Below are positions 20,493 through 31,386 of a stretch of 63,157 nt of DNA, piece after piece. Numbering within the stretch: the first letter of the stretch is position 1; each line of letters opens with the position of its first letter. Origin of the DNA: a virus (Duplodnaviria; Caudoviricetes). The stretch lies in IMG/VR virus record IMGVR_UViG_3300033272_000024, positions 1 to 63,157 of that record; one strand, 5' to 3'. The translations under genes were made by a program, and so were the position numbers. Below the pieces are notes generated by a model. It had not been told where the DNA came from, searched no databases, and saw nothing but the letters and a program-made list of their open reading frames with translations.

Positions 20493-22376
20493 ATGGCTGA
20501 ATATGATGACAGTAATTGGTATGACGGAATAGTTGATTCTGCTGGCAATTTATATGATTACGCCACAGATACTGCTGGTGATGTTTGGGATTGGGCAACA
20601 TCATTTGATTCTGGTGATGGAAACTATACGCAAACATTTGATGACGGAAGTACGATAACTTTTGATGCAAGCGGTAATCCTCTTGGGTCTACAAACGCGA
20701 CTGATTCCGATAATGGAGGGCTTAGTTCAAAGCTTGGAGATATGCTTTCTAGCCTTGGCTCGTCTGCATTTAATACTTTAAAAAAGGTATATACAAAAAA
20801 AGATGCACAAGGTAAACCAACTACTGATTGGGCCGCTTTGGCTGCTACTGGTGTTGGTTTGTATGGCGCTATGAATCCAAAAAGCGGCGGTAATACTGGC
20901 GGTTATGGCAAACCCGTACCCAACTTGACGGCAAGCCGTCAGCAAATTCAATACGACGATCCAAACCGAGTAGCTGGCTCAGCGGGACGACAGTACTTTA
21001 CCGACACTAAATATGGTGGCACTGACCCTGCGGTGCAGGCGCAAGGCATTACGGCTGCATACCAGCCTGCCGCTGCGACAACTAACCCTTATGCTGGGAC
21101 AATGGCTAGGAAATATAACGACGCCCCTATGCAGCAGCAAAATTCAATGCAACCGGCATCAAACGTTTCAAATACACTGCCTGTTCCAGAGGCGCAAGGA
21201 TTTAATATGGGTGGAATTGCACAATTAGCCAAAGGTGGCCGCTACTTGTCTGGCGATACAGATGGCATGGCTGATGAGTTGCAAACAAGCATTGATGGCG
21301 AACAAGCTGCGGCACTGAGCCACGGTGAGTTTGTAATCCCTGCTGATGTTGTTTCTCATTTGGGCAATGGAAACTCTGAAGCTGGTGCGGATAAGCTGTA
21401 TCAAATGATGGCTCACATCCGTAAAGCACGGACTGGTAGCGAGAAGCAAGGCAGAGAGATTGACCCCGACAAGTTTATTCCGGGCGGTACTCAAAAAGCT
21501 CAAAGCGGTGGACTGATGGGGTTTGAAGGCGGCGGTGCTGTTCCAGCCGCCTCTGCTGGTATTGCACCAGACACTTCAAAAACATCTACGCTTTCCCCTT
21601 GGGTTGGCGACTATGTGACCAATGCTCTTGGTGAAGGCGCTGCTGCTGCGGCACAACCTTACCAAGCTTACCAAGGCCCATTGACTGCTGGTGCTTCTGA
21701 TTTGCAACAACAAGCATTTGCAGGGGCAAGTGAAACTGCGCAAGCTGGCTACAACCCAACGCAATTTACAACCAATAATTTTGGTACTGAGCAGGCTAAC
21801 CAGTACATGAACCCGTACTTGGATAATGTGCTGCAACCGCAAATGGCTGAGTTAAAGCGCCAAGCAGATATTCAACGATTGAGCGACAACACAAGCTTAA
21901 CCAAAGCAGGTGCTTTTGGCGGTAGCCGTCAAGCAATCATGAACTCTGAAGGCAACCGTAACTTGCTGAACACGCAAAGTACTGCGCTTGGACAGGGCTA
22001 CTCCAACGCCTACGACAAAGCTATGGCTCAGTTCAACACCGAGCAGGGCCGAGATATGGAAGCTCAGAAAGCTACAGAGCAGTCAAACCAATATAGCTCT
22101 GACTTTGGCTTGAAGTCACTGGCTGATTTGTCGCAACAAGGACAAACACAACGCGCTATTGAAGCTGAAGGTATTGCTGCTGATAAAGCTCAGTTTGAAC
22201 AGCAACGTGATTACGCAATGCAGTTGCCGCAATACAAACTAAACTTATTGCAAGGTCTGCCAATTGGCGCAAGTACCTCATCGTCAGATGCTGGTGCTTT
22301 GTCTAACTTGACCTCACAAGTTTCCGGCTTGGCTAGTTTGTATCAAACCTTGTCTAAGCTTGGCGTTACCTCTTAA
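20493..22376 (+). CDS. Internal virion / ejection protein
   Basis: G.TDGMAD...AALSHGEFVIPADVVSHLGNG motif; YMNPY...AGAFGGSRQ motif typical of podovirus ejection proteins. Confidence 0.7.
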   Translation: MAEYDDSNWYDGIVDSAGNLYDYATDTAGDVWDWATSFDSGDGNYTQTFDDGSTITFDASGNPLGSTNATDSDNGGLSSKLGDMLSSLGSSAFNTLKKVYTKKDAQGKPTTDWAALAATGVGLYGAMNPKSGGNTGGYGKPVPNLTASRQQIQYDDPNRVAGSAGRQYFTDTKYGGTDPAVQAQGITAAYQPAAATTNPYAGTMARKYNDAPMQQQNSMQPASNVSNTLPVPEAQGFNMGGIAQLAKGGRYLSGDTDGMADELQTSIDGEQAAALSHGEFVIPADVVSHLGNGNSEAGADKLYQMMAHIRKARTGSEKQGREIDPDKFIPGGTQKAQSGGLMGFEGGGAVPAASAGIAPDTSKTSTLSPWVGDYVTNALGEGAAAAAQPYQAYQGPLTAGASDLQQQAFAGASETAQAGYNPTQFTTNNFGTEQANQYMNPYLDNVLQPQMAELKRQADIQRLSDNTSLTKAGAFGGSRQAIMNSEGNRNLLNTQSTALGQGYSNAYDKAMAQFNTEQGRDMEAQKATEQSNQYSSDFGLKSLADLSQQGQTQRAIEAEGIAADKAQFEQQRDYAMQLPQYKLNLLQGLPIGASTSSSDAGALSNLTSQVSGLASLYQTLSKLGVTS

Positions 22377-22391
22377 TTTGAAAGCCAATAT

Positions 22392-24170
22392 ATGAATCTC
22401 GTCAAAGCACAAGACCTCGCTAAAGAGCTTTCAATCCCAGAGCTACAGCAATATGCCAATGGCTCTAACCCTGAAATCATGCCGCCTTATGTTGCGCTTG
22501 GTGCTCTACAGGCAAAAGAGTCAATGCAGAAAAAAATGGCTGCAATGCAAGGCGCTGCACAGGGTGAGCAGCCTAGCGTTAAAGAGCAAGTTGAGCAGAA
22601 AGCTGGACTGATGGCGTTGCAAGGCCAACAACAGCAACAAGCCCAACAGCAAATGACGCAACAGATGCAGCATCGGCCTATGCCCACGACTGAGAACGTT
22701 CCACAACCAGAGCCACAACCACAAGTTGAGCCAATGGGCATGGCGCGTGGTGGGCTTACCCGCCTGCCCGTTAACTTCAACTTTCGCCAAGGTGGGATTA
22801 TTGGCTATGCTGGCCCAGAAGGTAGCCTTGTAGGTAAAAAGCCTTTGGATGAAGACGCGCAAATTGCACTACAAGAAGCTCAGCGTACAGGCGACCGTGA
22901 AGCCATGATGTTGACGATTAGGAAGCTGGCTGCTGCTGGATACGATGTTGCAACGCTTATTCCTCGCGGAGTGATGGGAGCAACTGAATCTGTTGTTCGT
23001 GGAGTGGCCGACTCCCGCTTGGGTCGTGCATTTGGTTTGGATGCAATACCTAAATTGCCTGAATCGGCTTATGGCGGAGATCGCACTAGCATGACTCCTA
23101 TGATGGATAGAGTTAACCGTGAAGAAGAGGCTGGTCAGAACCCTGCTGAACCACAGATGCCACAATCCGCACCGATGGCTGGGCCACAAGCAGCGCCGCC
23201 TACTGGCCTGCCTGCTGCAATGCCGCAGCCACAAGCTATGCCTAAGCCGCAAATGCAACCGCAAGCGGGGCCACAAGGTATGCCGCAAGTTAAACCGCCT
23301 GCCGCACCACAAATGCCGTTTGCTCCACAAGCCCCAATTGCGCCTGAAGCCCCGGTTGTTTCAGACCAAGACAAACTGATTGCCGAAGAGATTGCACGGC
23401 GCAAAGCGTTTGGCGTTGAGGGAGAAGCTGGTGCTGGCGCTGAAAGCCGAATGGCTGACCGAAGGAAACGTTTCGAGGAAACACGGCCAACTGGCCTTGA
23501 CGACTTGATTCGAGTATTCGGCCAAGCTGGACAGTACAAAGGACTGAGTGGAATGGGGCCAGCTTATACGGCTAACGAAGACAGCAAGCGTGCAGCACGG
23601 TCTAAGTTTGAGGCTGAAATGGAAACCCAGCAGTCAGGCATTGAAGACAAGCGCCGTACTGAAGGCGTTGGACGCGCTGCTGGGATTGGTACTGGCCTTG
23701 CTGGTCTGCGTGAAATGCAACAGAAAGAAAAAGAGTCCACATCAAGAAACGTTACGCTGCTTGAACAATATCGCATTCAAGCTGCCGCACAGAATCGTCC
23801 GGGTGAAGTGGAACGACTGCTTGCTAGATACACTGAACTGAAGCTTAAAGACCCTGCCGCTGCTGAAGAAATGATGAAAAACATCATGCAGATTAAGACT
23901 GGCTTGCCGGGTGGCAAGGGCACTATGACGCGGGATCAGGCTATTGATAACGTAGGCAAGCTTCTTACAGACCCAGTGCTACAGTCGAGAATGCAGAAAG
24001 AAGCTGCTGCTGCGCTTGGCAAAAAGGATATAACTGTTTCTGAAATGCAAGAGTATTTTGTGCAGAAGGCTATGGGCGGCGGTTCATCTGGCATAGGCGG
24101 AACCGATACAACAAAGCCAACAGCCGGAACACGATTAAAATTTGACGCTCAGGGCAACCAGATCAAATAA
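22392..24170 (+). CDS. Internal virion / ejection protein (Q/P/M-rich)
   Basis: Position; MARGG and FRQGG motifs; low-complexity linkers. Confidence 0.6.
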   Translation: MNLVKAQDLAKELSIPELQQYANGSNPEIMPPYVALGALQAKESMQKKMAAMQGAAQGEQPSVKEQVEQKAGLMALQGQQQQQAQQQMTQQMQHRPMPTTENVPQPEPQPQVEPMGMARGGLTRLPVNFNFRQGGIIGYAGPEGSLVGKKPLDEDAQIALQEAQRTGDREAMMLTIRKLAAAGYDVATLIPRGVMGATESVVRGVADSRLGRAFGLDAIPKLPESAYGGDRTSMTPMMDRVNREEEAGQNPAEPQMPQSAPMAGPQAAPPTGLPAAMPQPQAMPKPQMQPQAGPQGMPQVKPPAAPQMPFAPQAPIAPEAPVVSDQDKLIAEEIARRKAFGVEGEAGAGAESRMADRRKRFEETRPTGLDDLIRVFGQAGQYKGLSGMGPAYTANEDSKRAARSKFEAEMETQQSGIEDKRRTEGVGRAAGIGTGLAGLREMQQKEKESTSRNVTLLEQYRIQAAAQNRPGEVERLLARYTELKLKDPAAAEEMMKNIMQIKTGLPGGKGTMTRDQAIDNVGKLLTDPVLQSRMQKEAAAALGKKDITVSEMQEYFVQKAMGGGSSGIGGTDTTKPTAGTRLKFDAQGNQIK

Positions 24171-24178
24171 GGAAATGT

Positions 24179-27100
24179 ATGACGATAGAAGCAGAACTGG
24201 CCGATGGACGCATTCTTGAGTTCCCAGACGGTACTGACCCAAGCGTCATACAAGCAACAGTAAAGAGAATGCTCCCCGCCTCAACTGAACGAACGTTTGG
24301 CGAGGCTGTTAAGGACATTGGTGCTGGTGTAGTTTCTGGCACTGGCTCTCTTGTGCAGCTACCCGGCCAGTTGTACGGCTTGGCTACAGGCGACATGGAA
24401 GACAGTGGCCTACTAGGTGTTGGCAAAGATATTGCTGAGTACGGCCAAGAAATGAAATCTCCCGGCCTTAAAGCTAGGGAAGAAGTGCGTACCAAAAAGG
24501 TTGAAGAAGCTGCCAAAGACGGACAATTTTCAGCCTTTAAGACAGCGCTGAGCGAGACTGTAAAAGACCCCGGCCTGTTGCTTAACTTTCTGGCTGAGCA
24601 GGCTCCGTTGCTTGCCGTTCCATTTGGCGTGGGTCGTGGTGTAGCTGCTGGTGCACGCGCTGCTGGTGTAGGCGCAGAGGCTGCTGCTGGTGTTGGCACT
24701 AGTGCCGCTGTAGGCGCTGGTGCAGTGCAACAAGGGGCAGACGTTGGATCGGGTACTTACGAAAAGATTTACCAAGAGCTAAAAACCAAAGGGGCCAGCG
24801 AAGCAGAGGCTTCTGAAGGAACACTAAACCTAGCCCGTGCCGCTGGCGCAAGTGCAGGTTTGATTTCCGTACTAACAAACAAGCTTCCCGGCGCACGCAA
24901 GATGGAAGAGATTCTTGCTGGCGCACCTGCTGTTGGCGGAAGAATTGGTAGCGGCTTGAAGACTGCTGCCGGTGAAGTTGCAAGCGAAATCCCTGAAGAG
25001 GTTGGTGGACAGATTTCACAAAACTTGGCTGTGAAGCAAGTTAAGCCAGAGCAAGATGTATTTGAAGGCACTGGTGAGGCTGCTGCTATGGCTGCTGTTG
25101 GTGCTGCTGGATTGGGTGGGGCAACTGGACTTGCAAGCCGCGCTAAGCCTGCTGTACAACCTGCTGAGCCAGAAGTACCTGAAGCCCCAGAAGCACCTAC
25201 TTCGCCTACTGCGCCAACAGCGCCGCTAACCGCCATTGAAGCTCCAAGAACTTTTGAAGTTCCTAAGCTGCGCGGCCCGGATGATCGGCTGAGACTACCC
25301 GGCCCTATGACTAATGCTGTGCCAGAACCCGTGGCTGAGCCAGTAGCAGAGCCTGAATTTACAGACCAAGAGCGTGAAGCACTAAACAATTACACAAGTG
25401 GCGAACCTACTGCCGATGTGTTTACCGGGTTACAAAACCGTGACCGCGCTACCCCTGCCTCCATCCAGCAGATGAAGAGTATCTCCAGTAAGCCAGACTA
25501 TGACCGGCTAAAGGTGTCCCCTGACTTTGCCCAAGGCGCTCCCGTGGTGATGAGTGACCTAGAACTACCCCAAGGCAACATGGGTAGGACTGAAATGGTT
25601 ACTGCTGCCGATGGCCGCAAGATTCCAGTGCGCTATGCGGTGGTTAGCGCAAAAGATGTGATGACCTCCCACGACGCAAGCGGCCAAAAGATTCCCGGCT
25701 ATGCAAATGCTGAACAAAGTGGTCTGCGTGTAGTGGCTGGTAACGGACGAATTGCGGGCTTACAAGCTGCTTACGCGGGTAACACTGCGGGTGCTTACGC
25801 GAAACGTTTCGCCGGAGATACCCAGCACGGCATTTCTCCTGATGCTATTGCTGCCATTGCAGACCCAGTGCTTATCCGTGTGATGCCTAAGTCGTATGTC
25901 TCTAAAGACATTGGCGACGTATCCAATATTTCTGCTGGACTTGGCTTTAACCCAGTAGAGAAGGCAAAGAACGATGCTTCGCGGTTTGACCTGAACGGCT
26001 TGCAGTTCACAGAAGGAAAAGACGGCTCATTAGAAATTAACGAAGCGACTGCGGCTCAGTTTGTAAGAGCCATGCCTAAGACTGAACAAGCTGAAATGAT
26101 GGATGGCAAGGGTAAGCCAAACACGATGGCTATGTCTCGTTTAAACAATGCAATCTTCTATAAAGCTTACAACAGCGACACATTGATTGACCTGTTTGCC
26201 CAAGCTACAGACCCAGAGGCGAGACTGATTTTGCGCGGGATGCAGAAAGCAGCACCAAAAGCTTTTCAGCTTGAAGGCGCTGGTGAGTACGATGTTCGCA
26301 AGAACATCATTGATGCTGCTGAGCTTGCTATCAACGCACGCAGAGATGGCGTAAAGCTGAAGGACTACGTGAAGCAAGGCATGATTGACCTTGACCCAAA
26401 TACACGCGCAGTTCTGGAAATGTTTGCAGACAACAGCCGCTCCGGTGTACGCATGGGTGAAATGCTTTCTGAGCTTGCAGACAAAGCTTACCAACAGTCG
26501 CAAACTGGTGACGATATGTTCGGTGCTGTGCCTAAAGTGCCAGTCGCCGAGTTGTTTACGTTTCCAAAGCCAGCAAAAACAGAAGAGCCAGTGGCTGAGC
26601 CTGCTGTCGAGCCAGCCAAACCTGCTGCCGCAAAACCTGAGCCAACTAAGCCTGCTGCAAAGCCTACTCCAGCCAAACCTGCTGCCGCCAAAGCAGCCCC
26701 CAAGGCAGAGTCAAAGGACTTTGTATCTACGAAGCCAATAGAGCAGATTGCCAAAGAAATTACCGGCATGACCCTTCCACAATTGGCTAAGTGGGCCGTG
26801 GACAACGCGCCAAACAGCGCCGCTAAAGCCATTGCGGAAAAGGTTTCGGCGCGTGTAGCCGACTTTGGCAAACGAGGTATGTTTCCGAAAAAGGTAAAAA
26901 TCCTTAACGACGGACAGCGTAAAGAAAATGGTGTGCGCGGCTATGCACGATCATCCATGCTGGGTAATTCTGGTGTAAATATTGAGCTTGTATTGAATGG
27001 ATTGGTCAACGGAAAAGGAGACAGACTTACCGGAACCAATTACCAAACAATATTGCACGAACTAACGCACGTAGCAACTGTTATTCAAATTAATTATTCG

Positions 27101-30100
27101 CCCAACAGCAAAGAAGTAAATGATCTGAAAGTTCTTCTGCGGAAAGTAAAGCAGAGCATTGCTGTAGATGTCAATATGTACAGGAAGCATCCTATCGTTG
27201 AAAGTATTTCCAAAGGATCAAATACAGTTGTTGATACTGATGAATTACTTGCTTGGGGCTTTACCAATCCAGATTTTCAAGACTACCTATCTACTATTAA
27301 GGTAGGTGAAACAACTGCGTTTGGGCGACTGGCATCTATCGTTAGAAACTTGCTTGGCCTTGATGTTAAGTACGAAACCGCTTTGGATGCGCTTATGCGT
27401 ACCGGCGAAGCTTTGTTGGATATGTCTACGGCTGAATTACAAGATACTTTAAAACAAGGCGTCCTACTAAAAGGCATACCAAAGAAGCCAACTACAAGAA
27501 AAGCTGAAACAGTTCAGAAGGACAATATTGAATCAGACAACTTCAAAAAGTGGTTTGGCGATAGTAAGGTGGTAGACAAGAAGGGCGACCCGCTTATTGT
27601 TTATCATGGAACTCCAAATGGAGGCTTCTCAGCTTTTGATGCAAAGAAACTTGGCAAACGAGGAACTTTTGCATCATCGAAGTTGGGATTCTTTTTCTCA
27701 TCTAACCAAGGCTATGCCAACTTAATGGCGAGCTACACTAGAAATAAAGACACGGAATCTCCGACTGTTTATCCTGTTTATTTGAGTATTAAAAATCCGT
27801 TAAAAGTTTTTACTACGGAAATTTATAGTGCAAAAGAAGCAGATGAAATGCTACAGCAGGCCATAGACGGTGGTTATGACGGCATTGTGGATGAGATGGG
27901 TAACTATGTTGCATTTAAGCCAAATCAAATTAAAAGTGCTATTGGCAATAATGGCGAATACTCTGAAGCAAGTGAAATCATCACGGAAAGCCGTGTTAGC
28001 GACATGGCTGAGAAGGCTACAGAAGCGGCTAAAGAAGCTTTGCAGAAGCGTAAACCTATTGCCAGAGAAGCACTGAAGGACGTTGACCCTGACTACGTAG
28101 ACAAGCTGGGTAAAGTGTTTAACCCGCAAAGCGATACGATCATTGACAGGATTGCTTCTTTGAAAGACGGCTTCTGGCGGCGTGCGGCGCAGGGTATTGC
28201 TGACCAGTACCGAACTATCAAAGACTACTCTGAAGAGAGCTATATGCTGGCTCGTATTTCTAAGAGTATTGATGGTGCGCTAGAAGGACTGCTGTTCCAC
28301 GGCCATGTGTTCAATGATGGCGGTGCGCTAAACATTGACACCAAAGGCAAGGGATTGCTGGATGCGCTGAAGCCAGTTGGCCTAGAGACAGACCGCTACA
28401 TGATGTGGATTGCCTTGAACCGCGAGGCACGGCTACCGAAAGACAAACGATCCCCTAACCTAGCTGACTTGCTGGATGGCCGGGAAACACTTGCAGCGGG
28501 TAAGCTGGATGGTAAGTCACGGCTTGATGTTTACCGCCAAGTACAAAAGGACATGAACGCACTGAACAAATCCGTGCTGGATGTTGCGCTGGGTGCTGGC
28601 TTGATTAACTCATCCGTCAAAGACATTGCTGCCTTGCGTGAACGGACTGATTTGAGCGAGAAAGAAATCAACGACAAGATTGCAGAGCTACAGCAAAACC
28701 CCGGCGCGTATGAACGGTTTACTGCTGACATCTTCTACATTCCTTTTTACAAGCAAATGGAAGATGGCGACTTGCAGGGTGCTTCAACCGCTTCGGGATT
28801 GACTAGCCAGAGCTTTAGTAAAGCGCTAGAAGGCAAGAACGACAAGCCGTTTGGCGACTTGATGGAAAACACACTGAGGAATTGGTCGCACATTCTTTCG
28901 GCTTCGATGAAGAACCAAGCTTCTAAGTCCACCTTGGATGCAGCCATTAACGTTGAAGCTGCCCTGCCTAACTTGAAGCCTCAGTTTGCATGGCAAGACG
29001 GCCAAGTGGTAAGCGCTAAAACAGGCGAAGTAGTGGGTGATGGCAGTTTGCAGTTTGGTCAAACCAAGTCCGACAAGGGTATGGTTAAGATCATGGTGAA
29101 CGGTCAGCCAACCTACTATGAAGTGCTTGACCCAATGTTGCTAGATGCAATTTCAGCCATTGGCTACACAGGGCCAAAGTCAAAGTTCCTTGATGTAGCG
29201 CGTGACTTTAAGAACATTCTTCAGTACGGTGTTACTTTGTCTCCGGCGTTTAAGGTGCGAAATCTGATTCGTGACTCTGTTTCTGCGCTTGCTGTATCGG
29301 GCTTGAAAAAGAATCCAGTAGCCAACGTTATTGAAGGCTTGTCTATCTCGGATGCCAAGAGTCCGTTGTACATATCTGCACTGGCCGGTGGAGCTATCTT
29401 TAATTTTGGCTCTGCTTACGAGGGGGATCAGGCAAGATTAGTGAAACGTCTTCTCAAATCAGGGGTGCAGCCTAACTCTATTTTGAACACACAAGAGAAG
29501 ATTAAAAAGGCACTGCTGGCCGCGCACGCAGCGTATGAGGTGCTTGGAAATAAGTCTGAAGCAGCCAACCGTATGGCTCTTTACAAGCAGATGCGCGACA
29601 AGGGTATGAGCCACTTAGAAGCCTCCTACCAAGCGCGTGACTTGCTGGACTTCTCTATGCAAGGCTCATGGCCTGCTTTTAGATTGCTGACGCAAGTGGT
29701 TCCGTTCTTGAATGCGCGGGTACAGGGCTTGTACAAACTAGGCCGTGACGGTGTTATCCCAACGGCGCGAGTGATTTACAACGCCTCAACTGGCAAAGAG
29801 ATTGATGCTACAGACAGAATGAAAGCGCAGCAATTTAGCATCGTTGCAAGTGCTGTTGGCTTGGCCTCGCTAATGCTGTACTTTGCCTTTAAAGATGATG
29901 AAGACTTTAAAGCACGGGATGAGTGGGACAGGGACAACTTCTGGTGGTTTAAGCTGCCGGGTATGGATCAAGCTTTCCGTATTCCAAAGCCGTTTGAACT
30001 GGGTGCATTTGGAACTATTGCCGAACGAGTGGCTGAGCAGATTTTCGACCAAGGTGCAGAGGGCAAGCAGATTGAGAAAAGCTTGACCCGTATGTTGGGC

Positions 30101-30796
30101 GATACGTTCTCGCTGAATCCTACTCCGCAGATCATTAAGCCGCTTCTTGACTTGTATGCAAACAAGGACAGCTTTACAGGTGCGCCGATTGAGTCTTCAG
30201 GCATGGAGCGCTTGTCTAAGCAAGAGCGCATTACGGACAACACCAGCCCACTGGCTGTACTTTTCTCTGGTATTGCAAACGTTGCATTACCAGAGAAAAC
30301 TGAAATGTCTCCGGTTCAAGTTGACTACGCTATCAAGGCGTACTTCGGCTGGCTGGGTGGCTCGGCTTCTTGGTTGTCACACTATGCCACTATGCCATTT
30401 AGTGAAGGCACTAGGCCCGACAACAGGTGGACGGATACGCTGAGCATGGGTTTTGTCAAAGACCTTCCGGCAAACCAATCTAAGTACGTGACAGCGTTCT
30501 ACGACCAATCAAAAGAGATTGGTCAGGCGTATGCAGATATGCGCCACTACGCTTCAATTGGCGACTCAGAAAAGGTAGAAAAAATACTTGAGGAAAAGGG
30601 CGACAAGATTGCCTTGGCTAAGTTCTACGACAAGACCTCAAAGGACATGGCAAGAGTCAGGGCGGCTATCCGCGTAATTACGAACGACAAAGATATGCCC
30701 GGCGACCAGAAGAAAGAAGAGATTGAAAGACTCAAGCTCATCATTTCTGAAATCGCCAAGCAAGCTGAAACCGTCCGTAAAGATATGAAGAACTAG
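24179..30796 (+). CDS. Large polyvalent (DarA-like, injected) protein: ParB-like + zincin + ART-like + LPD38-like domains
   Basis: LQNRDR...VVAGNGR (ddrB-like ParB); ILHELTH (HExxH); FKKWFGDSKVVD..G.PL.VYHGT...GFFF...VYL.IKNP...GYDGI (ART-PolyVal-like); RIPKPFELG (LPD38-like). Confidence 0.8.
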   Translation: MTIEAELADGRILEFPDGTDPSVIQATVKRMLPASTERTFGEAVKDIGAGVVSGTGSLVQLPGQLYGLATGDMEDSGLLGVGKDIAEYGQEMKSPGLKAREEVRTKKVEEAAKDGQFSAFKTALSETVKDPGLLLNFLAEQAPLLAVPFGVGRGVAAGARAAGVGAEAAAGVGTSAAVGAGAVQQGADVGSGTYEKIYQELKTKGASEAEASEGTLNLARAAGASAGLISVLTNKLPGARKMEEILAGAPAVGGRIGSGLKTAAGEVASEIPEEVGGQISQNLAVKQVKPEQDVFEGTGEAAAMAAVGAAGLGGATGLASRAKPAVQPAEPEVPEAPEAPTSPTAPTAPLTAIEAPRTFEVPKLRGPDDRLRLPGPMTNAVPEPVAEPVAEPEFTDQEREALNNYTSGEPTADVFTGLQNRDRATPASIQQMKSISSKPDYDRLKVSPDFAQGAPVVMSDLELPQGNMGRTEMVTAADGRKIPVRYAVVSAKDVMTSHDASGQKIPGYANAEQSGLRVVAGNGRIAGLQAAYAGNTAGAYAKRFAGDTQHGISPDAIAAIADPVLIRVMPKSYVSKDIGDVSNISAGLGFNPVEKAKNDASRFDLNGLQFTEGKDGSLEINEATAAQFVRAMPKTEQAEMMDGKGKPNTMAMSRLNNAIFYKAYNSDTLIDLFAQATDPEARLILRGMQKAAPKAFQLEGAGEYDVRKNIIDAAELAINARRDGVKLKDYVKQGMIDLDPNTRAVLEMFADNSRSGVRMGEMLSELADKAYQQSQTGDDMFGAVPKVPVAELFTFPKPAKTEEPVAEPAVEPAKPAAAKPEPTKPAAKPTPAKPAAAKAAPKAESKDFVSTKPIEQIAKEITGMTLPQLAKWAVDNAPNSAAKAIAEKVSARVADFGKRGMFPKKVKILNDGQRKENGVRGYARSSMLGNSGVNIELVLNGLVNGKGDRLTGTNYQTILHELTHVATVIQINYSPNSKEVNDLKVLLRKVKQSIAVDVNMYRKHPIVESISKGSNTVVDTDELLAWGFTNPDFQDYLSTIKVGETTAFGRLASIVRNLLGLDVKYETALDALMRTGEALLDMSTAELQDTLKQGVLLKGIPKKPTTRKAETVQKDNIESDNFKKWFGDSKVVDKKGDPLIVYHGTPNGGFSAFDAKKLGKRGTFASSKLGFFFSSNQGYANLMASYTRNKDTESPTVYPVYLSIKNPLKVFTTEIYSAKEADEMLQQAIDGGYDGIVDEMGNYVAFKPNQIKSAIGNNGEYSEASEIITESRVSDMAEKATEAAKEALQKRKPIAREALKDVDPDYVDKLGKVFNPQSDTIIDRIASLKDGFWRRAAQGIADQYRTIKDYSEESYMLARISKSIDGALEGLLFHGHVFNDGGALNIDTKGKGLLDALKPVGLETDRYMMWIALNREARLPKDKRSPNLADLLDGRETLAAGKLDGKSRLDVYRQVQKDMNALNKSVLDVALGAGLINSSVKDIAALRERTDLSEKEINDKIAELQQNPGAYERFTADIFYIPFYKQMEDGDLQGASTASGLTSQSFSKALEGKNDKPFGDLMENTLRNWSHILSASMKNQASKSTLDAAINVEAALPNLKPQFAWQDGQVVSAKTGEVVGDGSLQFGQTKSDKGMVKIMVNGQPTYYEVLDPMLLDAISAIGYTGPKSKFLDVARDFKNILQYGVTLSPAFKVRNLIRDSVSALAVSGLKKNPVANVIEGLSISDAKSPLYISALAGGAIFNFGSAYEGDQARLVKRLLKSGVQPNSILNTQEKIKKALLAAHAAYEVLGNKSEAANRMALYKQMRDKGMSHLEASYQARDLLDFSMQGSWPAFRLLTQVVPFLNARVQGLYKLGRDGVIPTARVIYNASTGKEIDATDRMKAQQFSIVASAVGLASLMLYFAFKDDEDFKARDEWDRDNFWWFKLPGMDQAFRIPKPFELGAFGTIAERVAEQIFDQGAEGKQIEKSLTRMLGDTFSLNPTPQIIKPLLDLYANKDSFTGAPIESSGMERLSKQERITDNTSPLAVLFSGIANVALPEKTEMSPVQVDYAIKAYFGWLGGSASWLSHYATMPFSEGTRPDNRWTDTLSMGFVKDLPANQSKYVTAFYDQSKEIGQAYADMRHYASIGDSEKVEKILEEKGDKIALAKFYDKTSKDMARVRAAIRVITNDKDMPGDQKKEEIERLKLIISEIAKQAETVRKDMKN

Positions 30797-30809
30797 AGAA
30801 ACGTTTCGT

Positions 30810-31073
30810 TTAGCCGTGCCCAACAAGGTTTTGAATAGTCTTGTTGAGCGCGTCTAGTTCAGTCATTTTCCTAAGAATCCAAGCACGCTTCTGACCGTGA
30901 AGGCCGTTAAAGCTGCCTTGGTGACAGTCCTTACACAAAGGGATGACGCAGTACTGAAGCGATTGCTCAATGTGGTGGCCGTCAGACGGCCCCGGTGCGT
31001 CACACACAGAGCAGTTCATCATCTTGACGTTGCCTATGTGCTCCCTTTGCTTAGCTGTAAGCTTGTTGTTCAT
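30810..31073 (-). CDS. Small HNH/Ref-like zinc-binding nuclease
   Basis: CSVC...DGHHI...IPLCKDCHQG...G.HG. Confidence 0.75.
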   Translation of the reverse strand: MNNKLTAKQREHIGNVKMMNCSVCDAPGPSDGHHIEQSLQYCVIPLCKDCHQGSFNGLHGQKRAWILRKMTELDALNKTIQNLVGHG

Positions 31074-31234
31074 TTGTCAGGATTGTTTTCGGCCCAATCA
31101 AGCGTCTTGTATAGCGCACCAACAGCTTCATAAACGTCTTCACGAAGCCCATCCCTGCGCTTATGAAGAAGCTTGTTCTCAATTAAGCGGATAAGCTTTT
31201 CAGCTTGGATTAAGTGTGTTGACCAGTCGTTCAT
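31070..31234 (-). CDS. Hypothetical protein (54 aa, MNDWSTHLIQ...; below the ORF track cutoff)
   Basis: Read manually; ATGA overlaps at both ends. Confidence 0.6.
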   Translation of the reverse strand: MNDWSTHLIQAEKLIRLIENKLLHKRRDGLREDVYEAVGALYKTLDWAENNPDK

Positions 31235-31386
31235 TTGTTTCTTGCCTCAATAAGTTTGTCTGCCAATTCATATACTTGTTTGCCAAAATCTTCAGACCAC
31301 ATGCCGGTTTCATTGATGAAACCCCGGACTAAAGCGATAGCAAATTCATCGCGCAACGTAATTTCACTACTTTCAATTTCATTCAT
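31231..31386 (-). CDS. Small protein of the TLRDxFA...Y..AD family (51 aa; below cutoff)
   Basis: Read manually: MNEIESSEITLRDEFAIAL...VYELADKLIEARNK. Confidence 0.65.
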   Translation of the reverse strand: MNEIESSEITLRDEFAIALVRGFINETGMWSEDFGKQVYELADKLIEARNK

